DNA of 64,000 nucleotides from Haplodiscus bocki (Eukaryota), in assembly GCA_965655095.1 (NCBI GenBank), contig OZ296652.1, positions 2,232,001 to 2,296,000 on the forward strand. The letters run 5' to 3'. The notes below the pieces were generated by a model, which saw only the letters and a list, made by a program, of their open reading frames with translations, had not been told where the DNA came from and searched no databases. A program made the translations under genes and the position numbers. Positions 10,791 through 24,449 of this stretch are shown one piece after another. Position 1 is the first letter of the stretch; every line of letters begins with the position of its first letter.

Positions 10791-11960
10791 GGCGGCAGCC
10801 TGCGACAGTTACCTTTGACAGGTTGCTTAAAGTGTCCTCTGGTTGAGACGTCCCTGTTGTTGAAAGTCAAATGGTGCTGTTTACAAAAATTTCTGGGATC
10901 GGTATCACGGAAAATTGATTTCTTGCCTTATGGAAGATTCAATGTCTATATAAGTAAAACTTCTGGTAAATTTATCTTTCAGTAGATTTGGTGTTCCTTA
11001 CACGTACGACATCCATTGTTTCCAGCGTGAGAGAATATAGAAAAAACCAATTTACAGTGTGATGGACGGGATCGATTTGTTTGCTTTGTAGAAGTTTCTG
11101 TTCCCTCGATTTGAAGACTGTATGGATTCGAAATGGACGCAAACTATCCGCTGTTTGCGCAGAATTTGTCGATTTGTAGTTGGCAGTAGATTTACTTATA
11201 CATCTGATGTTGAGGGGTATTTTGTTAAAAAACGGTCAAGAACAAACTTTGGAAGTAACGAAATTGCATTTGGTGATGCAAGAAATTTAGCCAGCAGTAG
11301 CGAAGTATCTACGGGTGCATTGATTCCAGATGTCAAAAACAAAAAACCGAGAACATAAAAGGCCGCGTTAATCTTTCAAATGGGAAGTGGTGAATTTACC
11401 GACAACAAATGGACTTTTAACTAGGTGTTGTTTCAGCTTCAAGCTGTTCTTTTGCACTTTCCCGGATGTTCTAAGTTTTTGTCACGACTACAGTTGTTTC
11501 CAACGTTTTTGCAGAATTACTAGCAGAGTTTTGGCACGTGTTTTTTTGGTCGGCGAGATCAAAGCCACTTGTTTGGTCGAGCTTCGAATTTCTGCCGGAA
11601 GTGCTCCGCAGAAAAAGTACGAGCTCAAGTTAACCGAGTGAGGATTGTTGGGGTGAAATTCTTTGAATTTACTTGTCTTTCGTAACCTGTTGTCGAAGAT
11701 TTGAGGTCAAAAACAAATTTGACCTACAATTGTTCGTGTGGCTAATGGCTAATGCAATCATGGTTGTGGAGAGTTCGAAGAAGAAACTTGCGTCCAAGTT
11801 TCGACGGCTATTCTTGTGAATGAATCTTTAACTACTAAATTGGAATCTGCTCAGAATTTTGTCAATTTCGTGTGTTTTGGACTTTTTTCTGACAGTTTTT
11901 GGTGAGTGGATTCAACAGAAGACGTTGCAAAATTTGACTATTCAGTGTCTTCCGACTTAT
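10791..11960 (+). pseudogene. Decayed homologue of the antisense hAT-like gene in G2; 5' part cut off by G1
   Basis: YISKTS at 10947-10964 matches G1 YISKTS at 1019-1036. ORF 11387-11641 region EVVNLPTTNGLLTRCCFSF..P..DYSCFQRF aligns with G1 ELVRHPTFKSDLVIGLACF..P..CYQHLFQSF. Same position relative to pol as in G1. Confidence 0.65.
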
Positions 11961-12049
11961 GGAAAAAACCATTTGCATCAAAGTATTTTTGTTTATTCAA
12001 TATTGCCACTGACTTGAGTGGTGTGGCGAATGTGTTGAGAATTGTTCAC

Positions 12050-15000
12050 AATGAATAACATCGGGAGTTTGCCTACGATTTCCGTAACTGTTAGGTTGAT
12101 CACGATAGTAGATGACAAGAGTCAGTCGACATGATTGCTTTCTCGTGTCGTTTACCAAAATTATGCCGCCAAGCGAAGACGATGTCGATGTTTGGCCTCA
12201 ATTGTTTATTTACTCGTGCGCAATGTACAGTTTGGTTCGACGGTTTTTCGTCCTGGAGCTCTTGCGTCTTAAAAATTTGAGCCGCTGCAAAAGTAATTTT
12301 CTGATGTGGCATCGAAACTGATATTCCAACTGACCCCAGTTTCTTTAGGGAAGGCCTTGATTTGCTGGATCTTTTTGCTGGCACGTGCTACTCAGTGGCT
12401 ACCATGCTTGATGTTACATTGATATTCCTGGTATAAACTGAAAGATTTGATCTTTGTCTGGGAAAGATTTCAACCGACCTCAAAACCTGATCAGTTGAAC
12501 CTGAGGTTCAGTGCACCCACTTCCTCCAGTACACAAACCCAATGCAAAATCAACCTCCTCGAACTGATTCAATGAAAGTTTGTTCTTTGCTCCAGAAGTG
12601 AGTGAGTGTGATCGAATAAATTGAGAAGCGTAAATCTATCTCACAATCAGTATTTTATCGAATAAATTCGACTGTTGTATTCAATTTTGAAGGAGCTATG
12701 ATTTTGTTTGATCACTGAAGCGTGAAGTGGGCAATATAAGTTTTTTGTATTGTTCATTATGAAGACTTTTTCACGTTCACGAAAAAAGTCCGGAAGTGCC
12801 GCGGTAGTACATGACTATTTGACACTTGTTCTGTACCTTTTTATGAAGTTCGGGGTGGTGTTTTGACTCAGATTGTTTTCACTACCCCATAATAAAGCAT
12901 TCGCTACGTTGATGCTTTGGCTTTTCTCTCCTAATAGTTTTCGTTTTCTCATTTGCTGTAAAGTTGCAAGGTGTTCATTTTGGTTTTATCTTCTAAAGAT
13001 TGTGTTGCTCTTTTAAAGAGTGTAACTCATCGGTAAAATACGCAGTCGGAGCCAAGTTTGAGTGCAAGTCGTTGTCGAATATTTTGTGAGGTATTCATCC
13101 CTGGAAATTTCGATTCGGTTAGCACCCGATACTAGTTTTACACGTTGTGCCGTTGTTCAAAAAAGCTGCTGCTAGAGATTCATGCCATCGTCTTCCCTGA
13201 AGCGTTCCTCGTGGAATGTGTTCTGTCAAAGGCACCAAAAGCTTGCGCATGTTTCGTTGCTGCATAAGTACTGTGACGCTCAAGGCTTCGGCTGCTTCGT
13301 GTTTCACGTGTGCAACAAAGACTGAGCCTTTGTCGGTTGTCAATATTGTTTGCAGGTAGGCATGTCATTTCACGACTTCCGTTATGATTTTGACGGTTTT
13401 GACAGCTGTAGCAGTGGATACTGAGTTGGCAAAGTGTTATCAAGGAATTAAACCAATAGCATTATTGATGCTTCCATATTCGCTTTTTCGTGGTTGTTTT
13501 GGTTAAAAGTTGATCTGCGTAAATGTTTCTGGACCCAGCTCCCATTTGGGTATGCTGAGGTGTTCAGATGTGATCTTTATGAATTGTCACTTTGCTTGTT
13601 TTGAACGCAAAGACGACATTATCGGACCCATTTGTGCGCAATTGATTGGAATAAGTATTTTTGCTTGGGTTCATGCCACAAACAGACTTCTGAGTGTTTT
13701 CCTGGACACCATGTTATGGCTTTAGTTTGTTTTTCCTTAATTGTAAAGGAAGCAGAAATTGAAGGTGTTTAATTCGGCCAAAAACGTTGTATTATGGCCT
13801 GTACAAAATATCTTCTTCGATATGGTTTCTTTTTTTGATTCTGCATTAGTGATTGTGTATGGAACTTGTTAGAATTAGTTCGACTGAAAGCAATATAGGC
13901 ATTATTTGCCTGGAGTTGAAAAATACCGGATCCGAATTTTGTTCTTTTGTTATACGAGATGTTTTATCGAACTGCTCCACGCTGTGCTCTCTGGTGCGTT
14001 TTCAGTTTGATATTTCTGTATCAGTGTGACAGGGTTTTTACTGGAGGTCCTCTTTTTGACTTGGTTCGTATCTCGAACTTTTGTTGTCACGCTTTGTCTT
14101 CTGACACCAATTGCGCATCACCATTGTTAGACAAGACTCGGTCTTCTCCTGCTTTTTCAGTTGATTGAAAACCGAGTCCTGTTGATTTTCTAGGCATATT
14201 TTGATACGTTTTGGTGATATTCATCTCATTTGGTTCATTTCTAGACGGAACAGAGAAACAGCTGCGCTGTTCATCTTTCCTGGACTGTATGCTCTAGTGA
14301 TGTTTAACTTGAGACAACTTGATGTACGTTACACAGGGCAAAAATTTTGAATTGAAAAAATTGCTTTACTAAATTATTGTCCGTCATGATGATGATGATT
14401 GGTTTCCGTACGCCGTAGAAAAGTTTGTTCAACTTTTTGTTTATGCCATGTTTGTTGAGAAAAAGTGTTTTGCACGAATAAGCAATTTTGTTCCCGAATT
14501 GTTGAATGTTATGGACTGAATTTGGACTGGTGCTCTGCTTTTACGTGTTGGCGTAATTTTTTGGCCGCAAAAAGCTTCCGTATCCACAGCTTTCACTGCC
14601 ATTTGAAAACTTGCGCCTGTCGTCAATGAGAATTGTTTGTTTGATACGGGTTGTCCATGCACTAGATGAGAGCAATTGTGTAAGAATTTGCCGAGTTGAT
14701 GAAATTCATACGTGAATTGGTCATTGCTTTGAGTAGTTTTGAGGAGTCGACAGAACGGATTTTGTCCTTTTGCCAATTGCGGCTTTCAATTTTGGTGGTA
14801 ATTGAGGAAATCGAATAAACATTGAAGTTTTCTTTGATGCATACAAACTTGATTTTTTCGAGGAAGTTGGTGTTTTCTGGCATCTTAAGAGGACTTGTTC
14901 CTCTTGGTGCAATTATACTTCCAAACAAAAAAATCTGGGTAGCATTTTGACAATGCTTGTTTTATTCCAGCAACTTGATTTCAAGTGAATACCGCTCAAA

Positions 15001-16960
15001 GATTGTTGAGTTATTGTACTGGTGAATTGGCGGCACGACCGATATCCTCGAGGTTTTGTCAACATTGATTTGTTTTATTGACAGGGTTCAATTATTCGCA
15101 CAAAAAACTTGAAATTGCTGGGAGAGAACTGGTTGGACTTTTTGCTAGTCGCCTGTTGGCAAATGATCTGCTGGCAAAGTTGAATGCAAGCATTTCTACT
15201 ATTTCTTGGGTCACCATTTGAAAGAAGAAGTGATACGCTTGAGCTTGAAGACAATCACATTGGCGAATTGAACTTTCCCTTGGCACAAACTGTATGTCCT
15301 CAGTAAGTGTGTTGACTGGCTGTTTGTTCTTTATTGTTGATTTTGCTTCCCGTAACTTTTTGGACCTACATGTTTCCTAAATCGAAGTGTGATAATTATG
15401 CCAATTTTTTGTATAGTACTAATTCCACAGTGACGTATTCTTCTAAACTGAGTGGCGTGGATAGGTTTTGACTACAGGCAGAATTTTCATGAAATAGTGT
15501 TAGTTTCACTTTGAAAGCGATGTTGCTTCGAACGTCAAATCTATGCTCTGTGAAACTATCGTGGATTTTCATGAGTGCCTAGGAGGTGACGTATCAGTGC
15601 TGGGTTGATGGGATCCTTATATCTCGCTGGTGTATGTGGTGTATGGGTAGAAATTCAAAAAATAGCCCGTGACATCTCTTTTTAAATGGTGTTCCAAAAT
15701 TTTGTTGATGATGACTGTGTATTAGGTTATTCGAGTGGTGTTTAAAGCTGGTCAAAGGATGAGGTCATTTTTGTCTTTCATTTAGTGAAAGTCTGGATTA
15801 TCCACGTTCTTTAGTTGTCTTGGTAAGTCAGTAACTTCATATAGAATACTTTTTGTTTTCCCGGTTGGTTGAGGTTATCTTTCAGGTTTACTGAATTTTA
15901 AAAGTTCATTGATAAGGAAGTATGTACTGTCTTCGTGTTTGAGTACCTTGGAAAATAGTTTGATGTAGAGTTTTCCCTGACGCAAATTTAAGCATGTACT
16001 GATTTTTGTAAGTAAAGCAACCCTATTAGCGGGTTTGTTTAATTGCTCAAGACTCTGAAAGGTTCCCTGCACGTGTTTTTTTCAAAATTTGAATTTACAT
16101 TCAACTGTGTAAACTGGCGTTCCTTAATGCCAGTTCGCTACAAATATTTACATTTCTGGGGGCGGTCCTCCATTCAAAACTTTTGGCGGTGCTAGTAGTT
16201 GATTTGACGTTATTCAGCTTCTAGAATGGGATATTTTGGAGTACATGCATCAATGAATTCATCAAGTGTTAACGTTCCGATAAGCATCGGAAAATACAAC
16301 AATCTCCATTGTTTGTCATATGGAGGGTTGCCATTATGTATAAGATTTCCGTGTTTTCTCCTTCGATTTTTCGGTGATGACGGATGGTTCTTGCGTCGGA
16401 GACTGGTTTTTGATACTGTTTGAAAAGACGTGGATGTCTGAAATTTGTTAGTTATGAAGTTTGTGGCAAATGTGAGCGAACTTTCTGCAAATCAATCAAG
16501 ATTTTCCTTAGTTCATCAAATACCTGTGAGTTGTTATTTCTATGGCCTTCCGCAACTAGTTTGGGCGGTTCGTCTTATATATGTTTGAAAATGATGTTTT
16601 CTGTATAACCAAACTCCGTGCCAAAATTACTAATCCATTCTGTGGATCAGAGAATTATGGTTTAGTGTAAGCATTTTCTTTTAATGGCAAGGAATGTGCG
16701 GAAATTTTTTGTTCAACTAATGCTTGTGTGTTAGAAAAATTTTGGTTGAAGGTTTTTTCATGTGTCGTGGTGAGTAAGTTGTTTCCAGATACTGCTCGTA
16801 GACAACATAAAGGACACCAATAAACAGTTTTTGACAAGTACGGGAGAAAGTTCTAGTAGTGTCTTATTTCACGTATTGTGTTTCAAGTTTAAGATCTGAC
16901 CAATGGAGTCGTGGTGTGTTCAATTTATAGTATAAGGATTCTTGACAATGAATGTCGTGG
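12050..16960 (-). pseudogene. pol: G2 pol remnant
   Basis: ORF fragments 13119-13343, 14441-14776, 14662-14928 and 15092-15286 are homologous to G1 pol. Confidence 0.85.
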
Positions 16961-16969
16961 CTTTTGATT

Positions 16970-18410
16970 TCTAGTTTTCCTCTCAATTTTGTTTGTCGAT
17001 TGCATGAAGTGGTCCATCTCACAACATTCAGGTGTATTGGTTTCAATTGCGCCCTTCCAATACAATTCAGCTGCATGGTTGATATTTAGTCAACGATGGT
17101 AAGCTGGTTGTTTTTCACACATTGTTTCATCGGATTTCTTTTATTCACTCTGTTGCTCTTGTTTTCCCGGCATTCTTTGATGTTTGTTTGTTCTTTGTTT
17201 CTTTCAATTAATGCAAGTTTTCCAAAATTCTATGGTTTCTGGTTGATTTGGCATTGCTATTGTTGTTGCCTTTCTAGGGATTGGCAATTCTCCGTGTAAT
17301 TCCAATCTTCTGATTTTGAGTTCCAGTTCTCAGTTCGCATTTTCCTTTCACAGGCTCCGTCTTCAAAATCAACACGACTTCTTGACCCTTTGAAGGTCTG
17401 CAAGCAGTTTGGCATACAGCAATCTGTTTATCATGCTGGCCAACAGGTCCAATCGCTCATTAAGCACATGCATTCAGTTCAGCGAAAATTGCCCGCTAGC
17501 GTTTTGGTATGCGGTTCAAAAGTCAGATTGTGTCAACCATATATTGTTGTGGCTGAGGATTGTTGTTTGACGAACTTTCGTCTTCAAACGTGCACTTATT
17601 AAAGGCTTTTTTGTTTCAGAAATATGGCAAGGCCTCTTTTCTTAAAAGTCGAGGGAAAAATAATTAACTTCACTGAAACTGTCATCTCAGGTTGCAGTTT
17701 GGGCATAGTTTGCACCAATTCTTCAAAAATTTCAACTTTTGTTTTCACTATCAAACTGGTGCTGACGGTGTCTGAAGTTGTTGCTCGGACGTTACGTTAG
17801 CAAGTCTCTTGATCGAATATCCTCAACCTAAAATTTGTCTCTGGGATGTTCCTTCGACATTTCTGAATGTAATTTCGGGTGAAGCATGTGTCGCTATTTC
17901 TTGCAATTTTCAAGAGTGCTGTGAAAAAGGGTTGCTCTCAAAAGCTGATATTCTTCTGCCGAAATCAATAATTTCGCTTTCTGGAGTGCTATACGCGGCT
18001 GGAGTTTGCAGGTCATAAGTAAACCTCCGTGCCGGAAAAATGTTGGCCTCGATCTTTTTGTTATTCAGAGTCCTGTCGTTTCCGCTATGATTGATATTTA
18101 TGTCCTTGCGGCTGTATGCCGTCATGAGTGGAGTATCTTCACTGTTTCCATGGAAGTCTCTTCGGTCAAGATTTCAATCCATGCTGTTTGTGGACCTCAT
18201 CCTGATAACCCAATGGTCAATCTCACAACCAAACTATCCAACGCCATCAAATCGGGTCGTGTACATGACTTTCGACAGCAGCAACAAGAACATCCATCTC
18301 TTTCCTTACTCTGTCGCTAATATAAACGTCTGTGACAGCAGTTTGTTTTTAACTGTTTTTGCCAGGCGTTGCAATTCTGTAACGTTCCACGAAGTCTTCC
18401 ATGTCAGCTT
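16970..18410 (-). pseudogene. gag: G2 gag remnant
   Basis: Fragments align to G1 gag: TVSTSL..EIFEELVQTM..EMT, LRKEAL and ILMALDSLV. Confidence 0.7.
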
Positions 18411-18899
18411 CTGCTGGCTTGTTTTCACTTTGATTTGCTTTAACTATCAACTAGTTAAAAAACTATCAACTACAATAAAGTTTAAGTATTCTTCTATTCG
18501 TCTATGAGGGAATCCTGCTTTGCTGCTTTTATCTACAAGTTGAAACCGCGTTCGCTTTAACAGCTGACTTGGATTTTTTTTATTTTAAATCAACAGTTGG
18601 CAAGAGGTAAGTTATTAGAAAGAAAGACTGATAAAGACAAGTATTTGAGGTGTGAATAGACTTCCACAAAGAGATCACCTCAATTCTTGCAAGACCGAAG
18701 CAGGGACTTTTTGTGATCATTAACCGACATTAACCGATTCACCAAAAAAAAAACAGAATCAGTGTCCTGTAAAGCTGGCGGAAGGAAACTGCATGCAACA
18801 GAACAATTTTCAAATCGTTTTGCTTCCCAACTTGCTAATTTGCCAACCCTGCATTGTGAAATTGGAACTCAATTTACTGCATACTGGACTCCAGAATTC

Positions 18900-21300
18900 A
18901 TCCGACTGCCTCACAGATCAAATTCTCTCCAATGCCAACCCCCTCCTATGACCCTGGGGGGGGGTGGGCTTGAACAGACCACTACTTAATTTAATTCCCG
19001 TTTAATGCAGCAGACGTATGATTGAACAGGAAATACTTCTGGATTAAGTCAACCAAAAAGCACTCATCACAAACCGACAAGTTCTTACGAACACATGCTC
19101 ATGATGGAACACGGGGAATCAAGTCCGTCAACTTCCTTGTACCCTGAATCAGCCACAAACTCATTTGACTCTCATGGGTAGTATGTTGCAGATGTTCTCC
19201 ACACACAAAAAGTAGCTCATGAGTGACCGCACCGGAGCCTAAACCAAGGCCAACCACGGTTGGAACGACATTTTCACAAACATTTTGTCGGGGAGTTTTT
19301 TTCATGGTGTATAATTTCTTGCCATATTATCACTAAAGAAGTACTTGGACAGTTCATACACGCCTGTGAATGATTAAACATTGGGATTATTACTTGAAAG
19401 TCGAGGGAACTTCTTTTCTCTTCAATGCAACGTTCACTTTGGATGCCTCAAACCCTATATGAGCGACTCTACAGACTGAAACGAAGACCAGCAGTTGCAA
19501 GATGAAAAGTCTACTCTAGAACCAGTCCTTGGTCATAACAGAATCGCAACAAGGTGAGGGGTGCAATTCACGTACTAGTATCCAAATGCCATTAACATGC
19601 ACCGCCTTCAAATGCCTAAGAAAATCGTAATTAAAAGAAGCAGAAGAAAAATTCGAGAGTGATGATAACTCCTCAACGAGCTATGTTCACCTATCCATAG
19701 ACTGCAGCCTAGTTCAGCAAGAAACTGCACATCTATCGTCCTGAGGACCTGAAAGTGTCAAACTCATCGTTTTTTTTTTGGCTCGAGGCTGCACTCGTAG
19801 AACGTGTACGGCAACAAAGAAATCTGGCATCTGGCACAAAGGACTCGACTCTACAGGCAACCATCACTTTTTTTATAACTTGGACCCCCCTACCCAGCAA
19901 GGTTACCCACAGACATAGATACGCGATGCGTTGCCGGCTTTTCCTGTTTGTGCCACTGCAAATCGAAAATTTCGTTGCAATTTGGACCTTCTGCGCTGGA
20001 ACATAAAAATAACTGTTTGGAGGGGACTTCAAACATTTTTTCTGGGGCAGGGATACACCCAGTCAACATGCAGTCAAAAAACCCAAGATACTTGGAGCCA
20101 CTGTGGAGCCACTGAGCAGCACATAGGATTAGGAAAGGGAACAGGGGGGAACTAGTTCATCTTTTTGCTCAGTTGATTCATAAAAAGTGGACTAGCGAAA
20201 GAGTTAGTCAGACAACACTTTCCTGTATGCTAAGCTACACGCCAAAATCAATTTAGTAGCTTGGGTAAAAATCAAAGACTTGGGTAGAAGGCAAAAAATG
20301 GCTGAAGCATACAGCATGTCATGAAAAATCTCATGCCACACAAAACACCAGTTACTAGAAATCTAGTTGAGCCACATCCTGATAAGCACACTGCTTGCAT
20401 GTACCGCCTAACCGAGAAAAATGATATACATGATTGGAATAGGATGACTCAGTTGAGAAGCCTTGCAGGTGGACACAAACATCTGGATCATGGCAACAGC
20501 AGTAAACAATGCAAAATTAATCCAAACTGAGAACGTCCACAAGTTTCTTTGAGAACCAGGAAGCCATCTGACTAAGTCATCGCATCTCGTCCTAATCACC
20601 TGATTCACTTATGTACAACCTAATTCCACTTTCACCACTGGTATCATTCGGCGGATCACCTTATTTCTCAAATTCTTTTGGTTATCCTAAAGAAGGTAGG
20701 GGTTTTTGAGAAAAGACTTGGCAACACGATCAATGGAGCGCTAGGACAAATGCACATGTTTTGCAAATTGAAAACAGAGCGACGACCAATCAGCCTTGTC
20801 ATTTGTTCATACAAACGACGCGTCTTGGGACGATAAGATGTCCATCAGTTTGCAGATCCTCCGATCATAGCCCATGGAATCAGATCTAATAAACAATATT
20901 ACCAATCACACCACAGAGCTTTTATCTTCTACCAGGATGCAGATTTGTTAAATGTGTGAAGAATCATGGTGGTAGCTGTCAATCACCGACCCACCCTAAG
21001 TATTGAGCAACTCTTTCATTGCTACTTTTGGTGAGGACGAAAGTTTCAGGAAGGCATTCTTGGTCGGATAAATTGTAATCCTGGGACCTTAGGCAGGGGA
21101 GTTTTTGCTAACCATGGCCTCCTATTGTTCAATATTCCCCTCATTTTGTTCGTTGTTCATGAAGTCGAACCCTTCATTGAAACTTTCTGCATGCACCTGG
21201 TTGGCTCACTGAGGCCTTTGATTGAAAACAAAAATGACGAAAGTCGCTATGCAAAACTGGAATTCGAGTAAGGATGCAGTAACCCTCCACGCTGGTATGA
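18900..21300 (-). pseudogene. Third, highly decayed homologue of the hAT-like gene
   Basis: Minus-strand peptides PQWLQV (about 20100), LCQMPDFF (about 19830) and LVRELHPSPCCDSVMTK (about 19570) match G1 HWPQIV, CGQMCDFL and VAKELVRHPTFKSDLV in order and with similar spacing. Confidence 0.45.
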
Positions 21301-24300
21301 GCACTCGTATAGCATTCTGAGGACAAAAAACCTACTTAGTTTTTTGACCGTGTTTTTTAGGCATTTCATCAGTGAAATTCGAGAATGACAAGAGAATGGT
21401 TACCTTAATGATGAAGAATTCGAAGACGAAATTAAAACTGACTAACTCCTTGTCAAGCAAAAAAAATTCTCATTGTGAAAACATTTCGGAACAATCGACT
21501 AATACCAATTCCAGCGTAAAACCAGATGCGTCCTCGACATCCAAAATACCGTTCGTTCTTGAATAACAATTTTGCCAAGCAAGCAAGACTGCCAGATGGG
21601 TTTTAGTTATATCTCATTTCATATCAAGTTGCCCGACAACGTACTGACACATTTTCTTGGTGCCACTGACGTGAAGATAAGGAAGTGTGAGTGAGCAGCC
21701 TGGATGTTTTTTGGTGCTTGAGTGTTCTGTTTGTTATTTGTGACACAACTGAGAAGATCCATAAACAGCAACGATCAGCGCGATAAAAAAGTTATAAATA
21801 ACCAATAGACAAGCCACCATGGTCCAAGTAGACCGAAAGCAGCTTATCCGTCATCCTTGAAACATTTTCTTCAACCTCGAGAGGCAGCAAATACAGTTAT
21901 AGGAAAACAGCAATGTTGTGTAACATGGTTGAAAGAAACTTTCAATACTTGCCTTGACACGTACGAACTCACAACGGTTTTCTTTGTACTCGGACAGTAT
22001 TAATCAGGACCCGAGATCACCATCCAGGCAGTGGAAGAAGAAAACAACGAAAGGTTCGGAGGACTAGTTTTTTATCACTCGAGCGATGCAGTTTTGTCGA
22101 GATACAGAGACTCAATAACAAAGAGTCGAAACATGTCGAACCGCAGTACTCATGCACTCCACTTTAAAACGTCGAAAACTATCCGTGCTTGTTGATTGAC
22201 ATTGTGTGTATTTCAGCTCGCAGGCGAAATACCATAAATTGCAATAGATTGGTATCAAAAGACAGAAGTATGAAGCTCATAAAAGCTCTTTAACTTTATT
22301 TTGATTGGAAAAAGACGTCTTTATCATATTGAAAGTATAAAATTTTGAATTAGAAAGCAAATAAAAGACAATTTTTACCTTTTTACTTTTTAGATGTGAG
22401 AAAAAATGAAATGCAAAATCCATAAAAGCAATATGAAAACCAAATATGTAATCTTTGTCCAATACTAAACCCTAATCCCAACACGTAACCCCTTTTTTGA
22501 AATTTTTGTTTCGTTGTTTGTTACTTAATTTTTGTTTAATTTTTCTGTGGACTAACAACTCTCCATCTCATGTTGATTTGAAAAAAGCAGAAAAATGTGC
22601 AATTGAAAAAGTTGATGTTCATTTTGATCAAAATAGCTAGGTATCATTCGTCTTTTTTTCATCTGCTTTTTCCAAAAACTCTCCTCTTAAAATCAAATGT
22701 TGACAAATATTTGTCAAATCTTATAACTTTGAAACAAAAATTTCATTCATTGCTATTGTATCTGACTTTTTTTGAATTTGACATTTGTAAACGTTTCCTT
22801 TTTCAAAATGATCTAGTGATTTTCTCATAAGTTTTCCATTTTTTAACCTAAGTAAGACAGTTTACAAAAAAACAATGATTTTTTTTAATTTTTAAGAAAA
22901 GTCATAATTTGTTTTCAAGATGAATGATAAACTTTCATATTTATATCAAGTTTATTGCAAAGACTACCAATATTCGCTATTGTTTTTTCGAAATTTATTT
23001 AGTAATTTTTTTCATTTATTTTTGGATAGTTTTCTGGAATGTAAGAATTGCAATTGAAGAATGAAAACCATATACGTAATCTTATCCAAAGAAAAAACCC
23101 TAATCCACCATAAACCTAACTCAAAACCATATCTTTAAAAAATGATTTTTTGATGTTTTTTCATTATAATTTTCAGTACTTTTTTCGCAAACTCCCAAAT
23201 CTGCATCTAGTGCTGATTTGAGTATAGCAGAAAAATGTACAACTAAAGAAAAATTGACTGTCTTTTCAAAAAAAAATGGTTTGAACTAATGACCGCCAGA
23301 GCTTTGGAAAAACTTGTGTTGTTCGGAATGAAAGAATTACTAAAAAGTGTTATTACAAACATATAAAAAGGAGTATTTTTCTTTCCTCTTTTTGATAGTT
23401 GTGATGAAATCAAAAGTGAAATTTGTTGAGATTTTTTTTTCAAAGAAATACAAGCTTTCCGGGAGAGTACATTTGGCAATTGATATAAATTATTGGTGCC
23501 CTTCTTATAAAGATAGGAGATTAGCTGGAACATAAAATATCGATACTTCAAACAGAGAACAAGGATTCGAGACGGGTTCTTTTGTTGACAAGTGTTTATC
23601 AGATTCTTTCTTATTAATATATTCTTTCATTTGCCACAATAAATTTTAGGCGGACTTTTTACATAGCCCATATGCAAGTTCTTTCTTATCAACATGTACA
23701 TAACATTGTGTGCAAAGGTATGCAATTTTTTCTATTCTTTATCTCCTCCAATTTGTGACTTTTTCGCCATTTACCTTTATTTTTCCCTTTATCTTGGACA
23801 TCATTTTTCATTTGAAGAAAAATCATTTTCCTTAACAAATAAATCGGAAAGACAAATAACAAAAAGATGGTTTATTTGGAAACTAATTTGATCGAAAAAA
23901 ACAGTACTTCAAGCGACCGGTTTGCGAAGCGAACATATTAGGGTAGTAAAAACACTTTTAGACAACAAGAAAAGAAGAGGGTCATTGAAACAATTGAAAG
24001 AAAAAAGCGGAGGATCGGTTCGCAATTGATACTGATAGGGCTATTGAAGACTTATTTATTATGAATGAAAAAAGGGAAAATTGAGAGAGCAAAAAAAATC
24101 GAGAGCAAAAAAAACGGAAGTGGAGGATACTATAGATACTACTACGTTCCTCTGTATACATGTAAAAAATGGAAAAATTGAACAATTTTCCATTTTTTCC
24201 CTCGAAAACTTGAACATTTTTCTAATGGGAAAAGTAAAAGAATCTACAGCGTCAAACTTCTTGTTACCAGATACTCTTAGCATAGGAGCGGGGACTCAAA

Positions 24301-24449
24301 AATCATCTATGCCATTTAAACATCTTGAAGATTACAATACACTTGAAGATCAGATTCAACTGATAAAGATAATGAAAATGTAATTTTTACAGGTTATTTG
24401 ATTGAAACTTTTGATCATCTTGTTGGTAAAGCCACACGTGGAAATGGGA

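Larger units (their letters stand above)
10791..18500 (-). mobile_element. Older, heavily decayed Ty3/Gypsy element G2, related to G1
   Basis: Collinear remnants of gag (KVEIFEELVQTMPKLQPEMT near 17700), RT (LAFNFASRSFANRRLA near 15150), RNase H (TTGASFQ near 14610) and IN (TDKGSVF near 13330). Confidence 0.85.

Noticed and set aside
18740-22250. LINE, DIRS or CACTA element
   Set aside because: No RT, tyrosine-recombinase or CACTA motifs found. The weak similarity points to the hAT-like cargo gene instead.
22460-23130. Telomeric repeats (CCCTAA)
   Set aside because: Only isolated degenerate units, not an array.
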